Part shown: positions 1 through 9,490 of the stretch, one piece after another
How positions within the stretch are numbered: position 1 is the stretch's first letter
How the letters are laid out: the number at the start of each line of letters is the position of its first letter
From: Malacoraja senta
Taxonomy: Eukaryota
NCBI GenBank assembly: GCA_038087875.1
Contig: JAXLNO010000656.1
Coordinates: 114,134-134,133, forward strand
Direction: 5' to 3'
Length of the DNA stretch: 20,000 nt
Notes under the pieces: generated by a model
What the model saw: the letters and a program-made list of their open reading frames with translations, nothing else
What the model was told of the DNA's origin: nothing
Database searches by the model: none
Made by a program: the position numbers and the translations under genes

Positions 1-415
1 TGTATACACATATCTATATATGTGTGTATATGTATATATGTGTATGTTTGTGTGTATATGCAAATGCGTATGTATATATGTATATGTGCATATGTATATG
101 TACACATGTATATAAGTATGTATGTATATAAATATGTATGTATATGTGTGTGTATGTATGTGTGTGTATATTGTTTATGTATATATATGTATAATATATG
201 CATATATACACACACATAATAAACAAACAAAATATATATATATATGTATGTATTTGTGGGTATCTGTATAGATGTATTTATACACACGTGGAACCTTTTT
301 TTCTCGTTTATTATATTGTTTACAGTGTACTATGTTTACATATTCTGTTGTGCTGCAAGTAAGAATTTCAGTGTTCTATCTGGGACATATGACAATAAAA
401 TTCTTGACGCTTGAC
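1..415 (+). mobile_element. 3' UTR/tail of a Rex1/Babar-type LINE with an expanded (TA/TG/CA)n microsatellite; copy 1 of a tandem duplication
   Basis: Microsatellite followed by ...GTACTATGTTTACATATTCTGTTGTGCTGCAAGTAAGAATTTC...GGGACATATGACAATAAA...CTTGACGCTTGA. The same tail occurs on the minus strand at 12961-13120. A related tail at 15235 is linked to Rex/Babar RT sequence. Confidence 0.7.
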
Positions 416-540
416 TATTAATTAAATATATATAACTCTGTCAACAGCCGATGGGAGCCTCTTCCAATAATTTGAGTCATACACAGAAGTGCTTGTTCAG
501 AGAACGTAAATATGTAACTTGATACTGGGCTTTGGAGTCT

Positions 541-995
541 ATGTGTATATATGTGTGTGTATATATATATGTGTGTATGTATATGTTTGTATGTATATGT
601 TTGTATGTATATGTGCATATGCAAATGCATATGTGTATTTGTGTATGTGCATATGTATATGTGTGTATGTATGTATGTGTGTATGTATGCGTATGTGTAT
701 GTATGTGTGTGTATATGTATGTATATGTGTATGTATATATGTGTGTGTGTGCACGTGTACGTGTGTGTATGTACACGTGTACTTGTGTGTACGTACGTGT
801 GATTGTGTGTACCTGTGTGTGTGTGTGTATATGCGTGTGTGTATATGTATATATGTGTGTGTATGTGTGTATGTATATTGTTTATGTATATATATGTATA
901 ATATATGCACATATACACATACACATAATAAACAAACAAAAATATATATGTATGTATTTGTGGGTATCTGTATAGATGTATATATATACACACAC
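541..995. repeat. Complex alternating purine-pyrimidine microsatellite (TG/TA/CA mosaic)
   Basis: Directly visible. It generates the many spurious Y/I/H/T/C/V/M-rich ORFs. Confidence 0.95.
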
Positions 996-1243
996 GGAAC
1001 CTTTTTTCTCATTTATTATATTGTTTACAGTGTACTATGTTTACATATTCTGTTGTGCTGCAAGTAAGAATTTCAGTGTTCTATCTGGGACATATGACAA
1101 TAAATTTCTTGACGCTTGACTATTAATTAAATATATATAACTAATAGCAGCCGATGGGAGCCTCTTCCAATAATTTGAGTCATACACAGAAGTGCTTGTT
1201 CAGAGAACGTAAATATGTAACTTGATACTGGGCTTTGGAGTCT
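541..1243 (+). repeat. Second unit (703 bp) of a tandem duplication: microsatellite + LINE tail + ~125 bp unique flank
   Basis: 876-1243 aligns to 168-540. The last 96 bp (CAGCCGATGG...TTTGGAGTCT) are identical in both copies. Confidence 0.9.
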
Positions 1244-1653
1244 CGCGCATCTTCCAGAGATCAAGTTGGTCTCGTATACATAGCTCTATCGCCATCGAAC
1301 CTAAATCATACTAGTGTTTATTGAGATAATTTCTGGGTATAATCATGCCACTCCAGAAATTAACTGAGTGAGTCACATATCAGTTCTGCGGTTTGCACTT
1401 CAACTAAACACATAATGTCATAATTCCCTGTTTTCAGACACATTCTTCTGAGAAACAATTGTTATCAGGCATTCCCAGAATAATTCTGAGCTTTCATAGC
1501 TTTTTTTTTGACTTGCAGCAGTTCGATATAAAGGAGCAATCTCTTGCATGGTCAGAAACACTAATTATGCAACAGTATTGGTTAATTGAAAGCAGGATGT
1601 CAACATAAGGATATAGCAGACAATAAGAAAATAAGATGGGCTTTGGTGCAAGG

Positions 1654-1860
1654 AGATAAACGCAAAGTGCTGGTGTAACTCAGCGCATCAGGCAGTATCT
1701 CTGGAGCAAAAGGATAGGTGAGGTTTTGGGTTGGGACCCTTCTTCACACTCAAGAAATATGAAACATCACCTATCCTTTTTCTCCAGAGATGCTGCCTGA
1801 CGTGCTGAGTTACTCCAGCACATTGTGTCTATCTTTGGTATTAACCAGCAGTTGTAGTCT
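1654..1860. mobile_element. Head-to-head inverted pair of Penelope-like terminal modules
   Basis: Arms 1654-1727 and 1761-1834 are reverse complements (64/74 by manual alignment). Both resemble the 3' end of the Penelope copy at 9477-9550. Confidence 0.8.
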
Positions 1861-1982
1861 TTTGTTTCTTCATTGCAAAGAGTTTGGACTAAAAATATAA
1901 GGAGTTACTGCTCCAATATTCACTTACTGAATAGATGACAATGTGGGTATGAAGCGCACGCATGATCTTATAGAACCATAAA

Positions 1983-2178
1983 TAGACAATAGACAATAGG
2001 TGCAGGAGTAGGCCATTCGGCCCTTCGATCCAGCACCGCCATTCAATGTGATCATGGCTAATCATCCCCAATCAGTAACCCGTTCCTGCCTTCTCCCCAT
2101 ATCCCTGACTCCACTATTTTTAAGAGCCCTATCTAGCTCTCTCTTGAAAGCATCCAGAGAACCTGCCTCCACCACCCT
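1983..2178 (-). mobile_element. CR1 LINE 3' end, 5'-truncated
   Basis: Reverse complement resembles 15590-15765 (GGAGAAGGCAGG...GCCATGATCA...TTGAATGGCGGTGC...GGGCCGAATGGCCTACTCCTGCACCTATT). It has an (ATTGTCT)n tail and a candidate TSD CATAAA at 1977-1982 / 2179-2184. Confidence 0.85.
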
Positions 2179-2489
2179 CATAAAGGAGGCTTTGGAAAGC
2201 ATTTGGCTTTAATCTGTCAGCAAACTGAAATTTAGAGATGCCATGAAAAACAGCATTTAAACCTGTGCCTGTGTAGGTATAAGCAACAATACTATGCTAT
2301 GCATGGCTAGGATATAATCACTTTCATGTATCAGAATCATAGCTTTCCACTTGCATTCCTCTTGTACTAAATGTGTTTGCTTGTGCTTTGTAAATGGAAA
2401 CATTTTAGGGTATCATGTGGTAGGTCACCTACTACAGTTGTCCTCACTTTTTGCATGTTATTGATATTAACCTTGTACAAATACTATAG

Positions 2490-2940
2490 TTTACCTGGAC
2501 AGTAAACTGGACTGGAACAGACATGCTGAGGCCCTGTACTAGAAGGGACAGAGCCTGCTGTACTTTTTGAGAAGGGTCCGCTTCTTCAACGTCTGCAATA
2601 AGATGCTGCAGATGTTCTACCAATCAGTGGTAGCCAGTGCTACCTTCTTCGCTGTTGTGTGCTGGGCAGCAGGGCGAAAGCCGCAGATGCCAACAGGTAT
2701 CCAACATGCTCATCTGGAAGGCTGGCTGTGGAGTTGGATTCATGGGAGGTAGTCTTGGAGGGGAGGAGCTCCTCAAACTGCGGAGTATCTTGGACAATAC
2801 AGCTCACCCCCTCCATGACACACTGATCAACCTGAGGAATATCTCCAGCAACAGACTGGTTCCACCAAGATGCAGTACAGAATGCTACAGGAGATCCTTT
2901 TTCCCTGAGGCTATCAAACTGTGCAACTCCTCCCCCTTCT
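2490..2940 (+). mobile_element. Degraded Rex1-type LINE, RT C-terminal fragment
   Basis: Reads YLDSKLDWNRHAEALY*KGQSLLYFLRRVRFFNVCNKMLQMFYQSVVAS..FFAVVCW, then ILDNTAHPLH..RSFFPEAIKLCNS. This is a typical Rex1 C-terminus with a stop and frameshifts. Confidence 0.8.
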
Positions 2941-2984
2941 GTCTTGTGGTGCCAAAATCTTTGTCTTTGGATTACCCTTCTAGA

Positions 2985-3395
2985 AACACGCTGGAAGAAA
3001 TGCAAAAGGGCTTGACAGTTTCCATGTTCACTGCCCATTTGCAACTGAATCATCTCAAGGTGGTATACCAACTTGTGAATATCTGGAGCACGCTAACTCC
3101 ATCAGCATGCAATCATTATTGTCAAGGATTCTTGGGATCTATTCTCCATGATTACTGGGTGGATGATAGCTAAATTCCTAAGAACATTTTGCATGGTGAA
3201 CTGCCTACTGGGTCGCAAACTGTTAATGTCTTTACCTCCAGGACAAGGACAGGTGCATGCAAGCTATGAAAATGTGGGACATTGACACAAGCAACTGGAA
3301 GATGGTTGCTGATGGTCACGTCATCCGGAGGTTAGCTACTCAGGGCAACACTGAGGAGTGGGCAATCAAAGTTCAGCTGGCCGAGCAGAGAAAAA
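2985..3395 (+). mobile_element. Old RTE-clade LINE fragment (C-terminal region)
   Basis: Frames give LEHANSISMQSLLS, VDDS*IPKNILHGELPTGS and DIDTSNWKMVADG, matching the RTE pattern ..RMDD.RIPK.ILYGEL..G.R.. Heavily disrupted. Confidence 0.65.
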
Positions 3396-3856
3396 CATAA
3401 TCTTTCTCAGATACATCAAACAAAATTAGAAGGTGTTCACCAACATCTTCAACCTCTCCCTGAGTCAGCCTGTGGTTCCCACTCCCTTCAAAGCATCCAT
3501 CATTGTTCCTGTTCCAAAGAAACCAGTAATCTCCTGTTTAAATTACTACCGTCCTGTCGCACTGACATCAGTCATCATGAAGTGCTTCGAGTGGCTAGTC
3601 TAAACTCACATCTGCTCCTCCCTGATACATTGGACCCTCTTCAGTTTGCGTATAGACCAAACAGGGCCACGGACGATGCCATCGCCATGGCAACTCACAC
3701 TGCGCTCACCCACCTGGACAAAGGGAATACATATGTGAGAATGCTCTTCATTGACTACAGCTCGGCATTCAACACTATCATTCCCTCAAAACTCGTCCCC
3801 AAGCTCCTTGATCTTGGACTGGAGACCTCCATCTGCGGCTGGATATTCGACTTCCT

Positions 3857-5320
3857 TTTTTTTTAAAATAATTTTTTTAATAGAAGTACGGTAGATTACA
3901 GTAATGTACAACACGTATATATTAATACATTTTTTGTACCGCTTCACTTTTTTAAACTTTAAGAAAGAAAAAGAAAGAAGTAAGAAAAGTGAAGAAAGTG
4001 CGCAAAGGTTGTGAAGTGCAAAAGAGTGTTGGGAAAAGAAAGCCCCTTAGAAAAGAAGTTAGAGAAGGAAGTAAAGTTAGAAAATAGACCCTAGAAAAGA
4101 AAGAGAAAGAAAGAAGGAACAATCGCTCTATTATAACTCTTATAACATACTTCATAGAGAAGGAACTACCAACCAAGTCTGTTTTTGTTTTACCTCCCAT
4201 TACCAGGTCCAGATACCTTTTATTTATTTATTTGTTTTTCTAAATTACTATTGCACCTCATGCTTGTAATAGGTCCAAAAACGTAGACCACGTCTTTTGA
4301 AATTGGTCTACTTTGCCTACTAGGAGGAATCTCATCTCTTCCAGATGTAATGTTTCCAACATATTTGATGTCCACATTTTTATTGTTGGTGTGGGCGCAT
4401 TTTTCCAGAATTTAAGTATAAGCTTTTTTCCCATTATTAGCCCATAATTGAGTAAATTCTTCTGATACACGTTTAATTCAGGAATACCTTCCGATATTCC
4501 AAAAATAATCCATTCTGGTTTTGGTACCAGTTTTATTTTGATTAATTTTGAAAAAATATCAAATATTTCAAACCAGAATTTTTGGATTTTTGTACAAAAA
4601 ACAAAAGAATGTGCTATGGTAGCTTCTTGACATATACATTTATCACAGATTGGTGAGACGTTAGGAAAGATTTTATTTAGTTTGGTTTTTGAATAATATA
4701 ATCTATGTAATGTTTTAAATTGGATAAGCGTATGTCGTACGTTGATCGAGCATTTATGCACCTGTAATAAATGATTATCCCAACTCTCTTTTGAAATTTT
4801 TATACCTAGATCTTGTTCCCAATCTCTTCTAATTCCATCTGTTGTGGGTATTTCTATGTTTAAGATGATATTATATAAGTATGATATTAAATTAACTGAT
4901 TCCGCCTTTGTCTTCATTGCTTCATCTAGTAAGTCGGAAGGCATATTATAATAATCTTTTGTGTGTGTTTTCAAATAGTCACAGATTTGTAGATATTTAA
5001 AATATTGATTATTTTTCAAATTATATTTCAGTTGTAGTTGTTGAAATGATAGTAATTTTTCTAATTCATACAGATCTTCGAGCGTTTTGATTCCCATTCT
5101 TTCCCATTGTATAAATGATTTATCTATGATTGAAGGTTTAAACGATGGGTTATTGACTATTGGTATTAAGAGAGATAGGTTTCTTAATTTTAGATTCTGT
5201 TTTATTTGCTTCCATGTTCTAATAGTGCTATATATAATTGGATTTTTATTATAATTTTTATTATTCAAATTTATTGGAGAGAGAATAATCGCTCCTATAT
5301 TATTCGGGGAGCAATCCCCT
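3857..5320 (-). mobile_element. L1-clade LINE, 5'-truncated, apparently young, with a 15-bp TSD
   Basis: TSD GATATTCGACTTCCT at 3842-3856 and 5321-5335. A short poly(A) tail and ATTAAA lie on the minus strand near 3857-3881. The ~400-bp 3' UTR is pyrimidine-rich on the element strand. Confidence 0.93.
4258..5319 (-). pseudogene. L1 ORF2 C-terminal region with a CCHC zinc knuckle (5'-truncated but uninterrupted)
   Basis: About 353 open codons with fish-L1-like motifs NPIIYSTIRTWKQI, LIQFKTLHRLYYS and CDKC-x8-H-x4-C, then IQKFW. The first ~19 aa of the tracked ORF are read-through from the flank. Confidence 0.88.
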
Positions 5321-5355
5321 GATATTCGACTTCCTGACGGGCAGGCAGGCCCCAG

Positions 5356-6165
5356 GTGGTGAGAATTGGCAGCCACACCTCTTCCTCACTGATCCTCAAC
5401 ACAGGCGCACCACAGGGCTGTGTGCTCAGTCCTCTCCTGTACTCCCTGTTCACGCACGACTGTACTGCTAAGCACAGCTCCAACATCATCTTAACGTTTG
5501 CTGATGACACGACCATCCTGGGCCTCATCACGGCCTATAGAGATGAGGTAAAGACACTAAACAACTGGTGCAAGGAAAATAACCTCTCTCTCAATGTCAG
5601 CAAAACTAAAGAGATGATCGTGGACTACAGGAGACAGCAGGGGAGTGGACACCTCCCCATCCACATTGGTGATGCTGAGGTTGAAAGGGTCAGCAGCTTT
5701 GTCCCTTTAAGTGGTGTGCACATCACTGAGGACCTCTCTTGGACACTGCACACGGACACAATAACAAAGAAAGCCAGCCAGCGGCTCTTTTTCCTGAGAA
5801 GACTGAGGAAGTTTGGCATGAACGCCAGCATCCTCACAAACGTCTACAGATGCACCATCGAGAGTCTGCTGACGGGCTGCATCACAGTCTGGTACGGGAA
5901 CTGTTCTGCCCACAGCTGCAAATCAATTCAGAGAGTGGTGAAGGCGGCACAGCACATCACTGGCAACTGTCTCCCGGCCATTCAGGACATTTCCCACAGG
6001 CGGTGCCTGCGGAAGGCACACAGCATCATCAAGGACCACAGCCACCCAGCACACAGACTGTTCTCCTTGTTACCGTCAGGCAGACGATACAGGAGCATGG
6101 CTGCACGAACCACTAGACTCAAGAACAGTTTCTATCATCATGCCATCAGGCTTCTAAACTCATAA
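5356..6165 (+). pseudogene. Open C-terminal half of the Rex1/Babar reverse transcriptase (non-autonomous remnant)
   Basis: 269-codon open frame with QGCVLSP and FADD motifs. It is separated from the N-terminal RT part by the L1 and a 4-bp duplication. Confidence 0.85.
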
Positions 6166-6697
6166 ACGTGTCATATATGTTAATTATTTTATTTATTATT
6201 GTCTTTTATCTACCATTGTCACGTATCTTTTTTTTTAACCTTAATTTTATTGTAATATCATTGCTGAGGTGACCTGTTGTCTTATACACATTTCATTGTA
6301 CCGTTGACCCTGTGTTAACCTACATATGACAAATAAAACTGAACTGAACAAGACAAATCTTGGCAAAAATCTTGAAACAGTTGTAGTTTCTGTTGAGATG
6401 TGAGAAAATAAATTAATAATTGCAGCTTCCCTTTTATATCATGTTAAATCTGAAATCTATGCTTATCCTCTGATGTGCTGCCTTGAATTTCTTTCAAACT
6501 TTTTTCTCAGAAATCCCTTTGCTCTCTGCATGTGTGTATTCCTTTCAGAGTATAATCACTGCAGCAATATTGTTTTAAAATGCAGTACCTCACAGCAAGA
6601 TTGAATTAATCTGTCACTTTTTTCCCCTAAGTCTCACATCTCCTCAATGTTTCTTTTCAATATTCTTTGCTTTTCTAAATTATTGTCTCTCCCATTG

Positions 6698-6791
6698 GAC
6701 CAATTCTATTCACTTTGCATACCTTTAAGTTTTAGTATTGCCTCTGGGGCTGTATCCAAACTATAGATATGCAAAGTGAATCAAATTGGCC
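6698..6791. repeat. Long imperfect palindrome/hairpin of unknown origin
   Basis: 6700-6721 pairs with 6768-6789 at 20/22 positions, including perfect ATTCACTTTGCATA/TATGCAAAGTGAAT. Pairing continues inward to a loop near 6743-6747. Confidence 0.8.
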
Positions 6792-6899
6792 TTATACTCA
6801 CTCTTGAAACACATCACTAGTCACAGCATTTGAGGTACTTTAAAACTTCTCTTAATTTCTTTTTTTTTCACTTCTAAACCTTTTCCCCAGTCTGTTCTA

Positions 6900-7075
6900 C
6901 GCCCACTGAATCCATTATCAATCTTTTTAATACTCTCCCATGAGGTGTCATGTCAAAGACTCATTTAAACTTAATATATAAGTCTGCAGCAAATTCTCCA
7001 CTTGTTTATAATGTTTTCAAAGAATTCTTAAGTTTATCAAGTATGGTTACTTTTTTTGAAGTCCATGCTACTCAC
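6900..7075 (-). mobile_element. Ancient CR1 RT fragment
   Basis: Minus strand gives remnants such as HGLQK, EFFEN and VFDMTPHG, resembling QHGF..EFFE..AFDKVPH. Confidence 0.5.
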
Positions 7076-8599
7076 TTTCTCTCCATCTAGATTTGATAAA
7101 TCTGGGCTGAATTTTGCTCTCAAAATAAGTGTAATTATTTCTGTAGAGATGTGCAACGACCAGATACATAATTAATGCCAAATGTTGACATTCAAGTCGC
7201 ACCAATCACCATTAGCATTGCAGAAAATCGCAATTCATTGTCTGAGACAGGATTGAAATACATCAAAGACCAGTAAGTGTGTTTTATTATGCAGTACTTT
7301 TGCACTAAACTCATCATAGTTCGGTTGTGGAGAAACACAGGGAGAGGCACTTCAGCAAACAATGTCTGTTCTGAACATGATACCAAGACTAACTCTGATC
7401 CACCTACACATAATACATATCCCTCCATTCCCTGCATATCCAAAAGTCTCTTAAATACCACTATGGTACCTGCCTATGCCAGCCACCATCACCTGAGTAA
7501 AAAAAACGCCCTGCACATCTCCTTTAACCTTTACCCCTCTCACATCAAAACCTCGCCCTTTAGTATTTGATTTTTCCAACTTGCTAAAAAGATCTGACTG
7601 TCTACCCTATCTATGCCTCTCGTCATTTTAGATATTTCTATCATGTCTCCCCTCAGCCTGCAGCATTCCAGAGAAGCAACAGTCTGACCAGCTACTCCCT
7701 GTAGCTAATACCTCCTGGTCCAGACAGCATTCTGGTAAACTTACTCTTTCTATAACCTCCACATCCTTCCTTTAATGGGGCAACTAGAAATGCATGTGAT
7801 ACTCCAAATGCAGCATAAAATTCCTGTAAAGCTGCATCATGTCTCTTTTCAGGGAGTTATGGACGGTCCCCAATTCCTCTATACTTTTAAGGGTCTTGGC
7901 ACTAATTCTATATTTTCTCTTTATATTTGGCCTCCCAAAGTGCTTAACCTCACACTTACTCAGATTAAAATCCATCTGCCATTTATCCACCCATTTCTGT
8001 AGCTGATCCATATCTCGCTGAATGCTTTGACAGCCTTCCTCTCGGTCTGCAACTGCAGCAATCTTGGTGCTGTCTGCAAACTTACTAACCGATCTGTTTA
8101 CATCCAAGTCATTTATCTATATCACAAACAACAAAGGACCCAGCACAGATCACTGTAGAACTTCATTGATCACAGATTTCTAGGCTGATTATTGTCCTTC
8201 CACCACAGCCCACTATCTTCTATCAGAAAGCCAGTTCAGAATCCAAGTCACTTAATCCCATGTAACTTACTCTTTTGGATCAGCCTACCACAAGGTCATT
8301 ATCAAATGTCTTACTTAAATCCACGTAGACAACATTCACCTTCCAACCCTCATCAATTACCTTTGTCACCTCTTCAAAAAATTCAATCAAGTTTATAAGA
8401 CACGACCTACTGCGTACAAAGCCATGCTGACTGTCCCCAATTAACCCATTCTGTACCAAATGGAAGTAAATCCTATCCAAAGAATCCTCTCCAATAGCTT
8501 CCCTACCACTGATGTAAGGCTTACTGGCCTACACCCTGGATTCTCTCTACTTCACTTCTAAAATAAAGAAACAACATTAGCCACACCAGGGCATCTGAA

Positions 8600-9340
8600 A
8601 TGTCCTCATTCTTCAGGGAACGGGGGTTCCCCTCCTCCACCATAGATGAGGCTCGCACCAGGGTCTCTGCCATACCCCGCAACACTGCTCTCTCTCCCCA
8701 TCCCCCCACTCACAACAAAGGCAGAGTCCCCCTAGTCCTCACCTTTCACCCCACCAGCCGTCACATACAACAAGTGATCCTCCGTCAGTTTCGCCACCTC
8801 CAACGTGACCCCACCACTCGCCACATCTTCCCATCTCCCCCTATGTCTGCCTTCCGCAAAGACCGCTCCCTCCGTAACTCCCTTGTCAATTCTTCCCTTC
8901 CCTCCCATACCACCCCCTCCCCTGGTACTTTCCCTTGCAACCGCAAGAGATGCAACACTTGTCCCTTCACTTCCCCCCTCCACTCCATTCAAGGACCCAA
9001 GCAGTCGTTCCAGGTGCGACAGAGGTTCACCTGCATCTCCTCCATCCTCATCTATTGCATTCGCTGCTCTAGATGCCAGCTGATGTACATCGGTGAGACC
9101 AAGCGGAGGCTTGGCGATCGTTTCGCCGAACACCTCCGGTCGGTCCGCAATAACCAACCTGAACTCCCGGTGGCTCAGCACTTCAACTCCCCCTCCCATT
9201 CCGTATCTGACCTCTCTGTCCTGGGTCTCCTCCATGGCCACAGCGAGCAACACCGTAAATTGGAGGAAATGCACCTCATATTCCGCTTGGGCAGTCTACA
9301 TCCTGGTGGCCTGAACGTTGAATTCTCCCAATTCTGCTAG
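8600..9340 (+). CDS. Penelope-like C-terminal ORF: Cys-rich linker + GIY-YIG endonuclease (no RT core)
   Basis: 246 aa uninterrupted: RVPLVLTFHP, CNRKRCNTC, LIYCIRCSRCQLMYIGETKRRLGDRFAEH, VAQHFNSPSH and LEEMHLIFRLGSLHPGGLNVEF. Expression is not shown. Confidence 0.7.
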   Translation: MSSFFRERGFPSSTIDEARTRVSAIPRNTALSPHPPTHNKGRVPLVLTFHPTSRHIQQVILRQFRHLQRDPTTRHIFPSPPMSAFRKDRSLRNSLVNSSLPSHTTPSPGTFPCNRKRCNTCPFTSPLHSIQGPKQSFQVRQRFTCISSILIYCIRCSRCQLMYIGETKRRLGDRFAEHLRSVRNNQPELPVAQHFNSPSHSVSDLSVLGLLHGHSEQHRKLEEMHLIFRLGSLHPGGLNVEFSQFC

Positions 9341-9451
9341 CCCTGGCTGTCCCCTCCCCTTCATCAGCCCTCTGGTTGTCTCCTCCCCTCCCCCAGCCCT
9401 CGGGCTCCTCCTCCGCCTTTTCCTTTTTTCCTTTCTTCTCCCCACCCCCTA

Positions 9452-9490
9452 TCAGTCTGAAGAAGGGTTTCGGCCCGAAACGTTACCTAT
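9452..9490 (+). ncRNA. Minimal type-I hammerhead ribozyme-like motif
   Basis: CTGAAGA (9457-9463), an extra A, stem II GGGT-TTCG-GCCC (9465-9476), GAAA (9477-9480), palindromic ACGT and a GTT triplet. Helix I is weak (about 2 bp). Confidence 0.5.

Larger units (their letters stand above)
3430..6350 (+). mobile_element. Rex1/Babar LINE, 5'-truncated, split by an L1 insertion at 3857-5320
   Basis: Before the insert: [30 protein letters not shown] and [27 protein letters not shown]. After it: GAPQGCVLSPLLYSLFTHDC..FADD..LLPSGRRYRS..AIRLLNS. The 3' UTR ends in AATAAA plus (ACTGA)n at about 6332-6348. Confidence 0.93.

Noticed and set aside
14..1067. Eight overlapping ORFs of up to 191 aa
   Set aside because: Translations of a stop-poor dinucleotide microsatellite.
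1327..1362. 10-bp inverted repeat TAATTTCTGG/CCAGAAATTA
   Set aside because: Roughly at chance level for 20 kb of AT-rich DNA, with no other support.
2637..3173. 178-aa ORF as a novel gene
   Set aside because: Chimeric read-through of a frameshifted Rex1 fragment into out-of-frame RTE sequence.
3952..4200. F/L/S-rich 82-aa ORF
   Set aside because: Low-complexity pyrimidine-rich L1 3' UTR.
5295..6116. Alternative-frame and antisense ORFs over the Rex RT
   Set aside because: Shadow ORFs of a GC-rich coding remnant.
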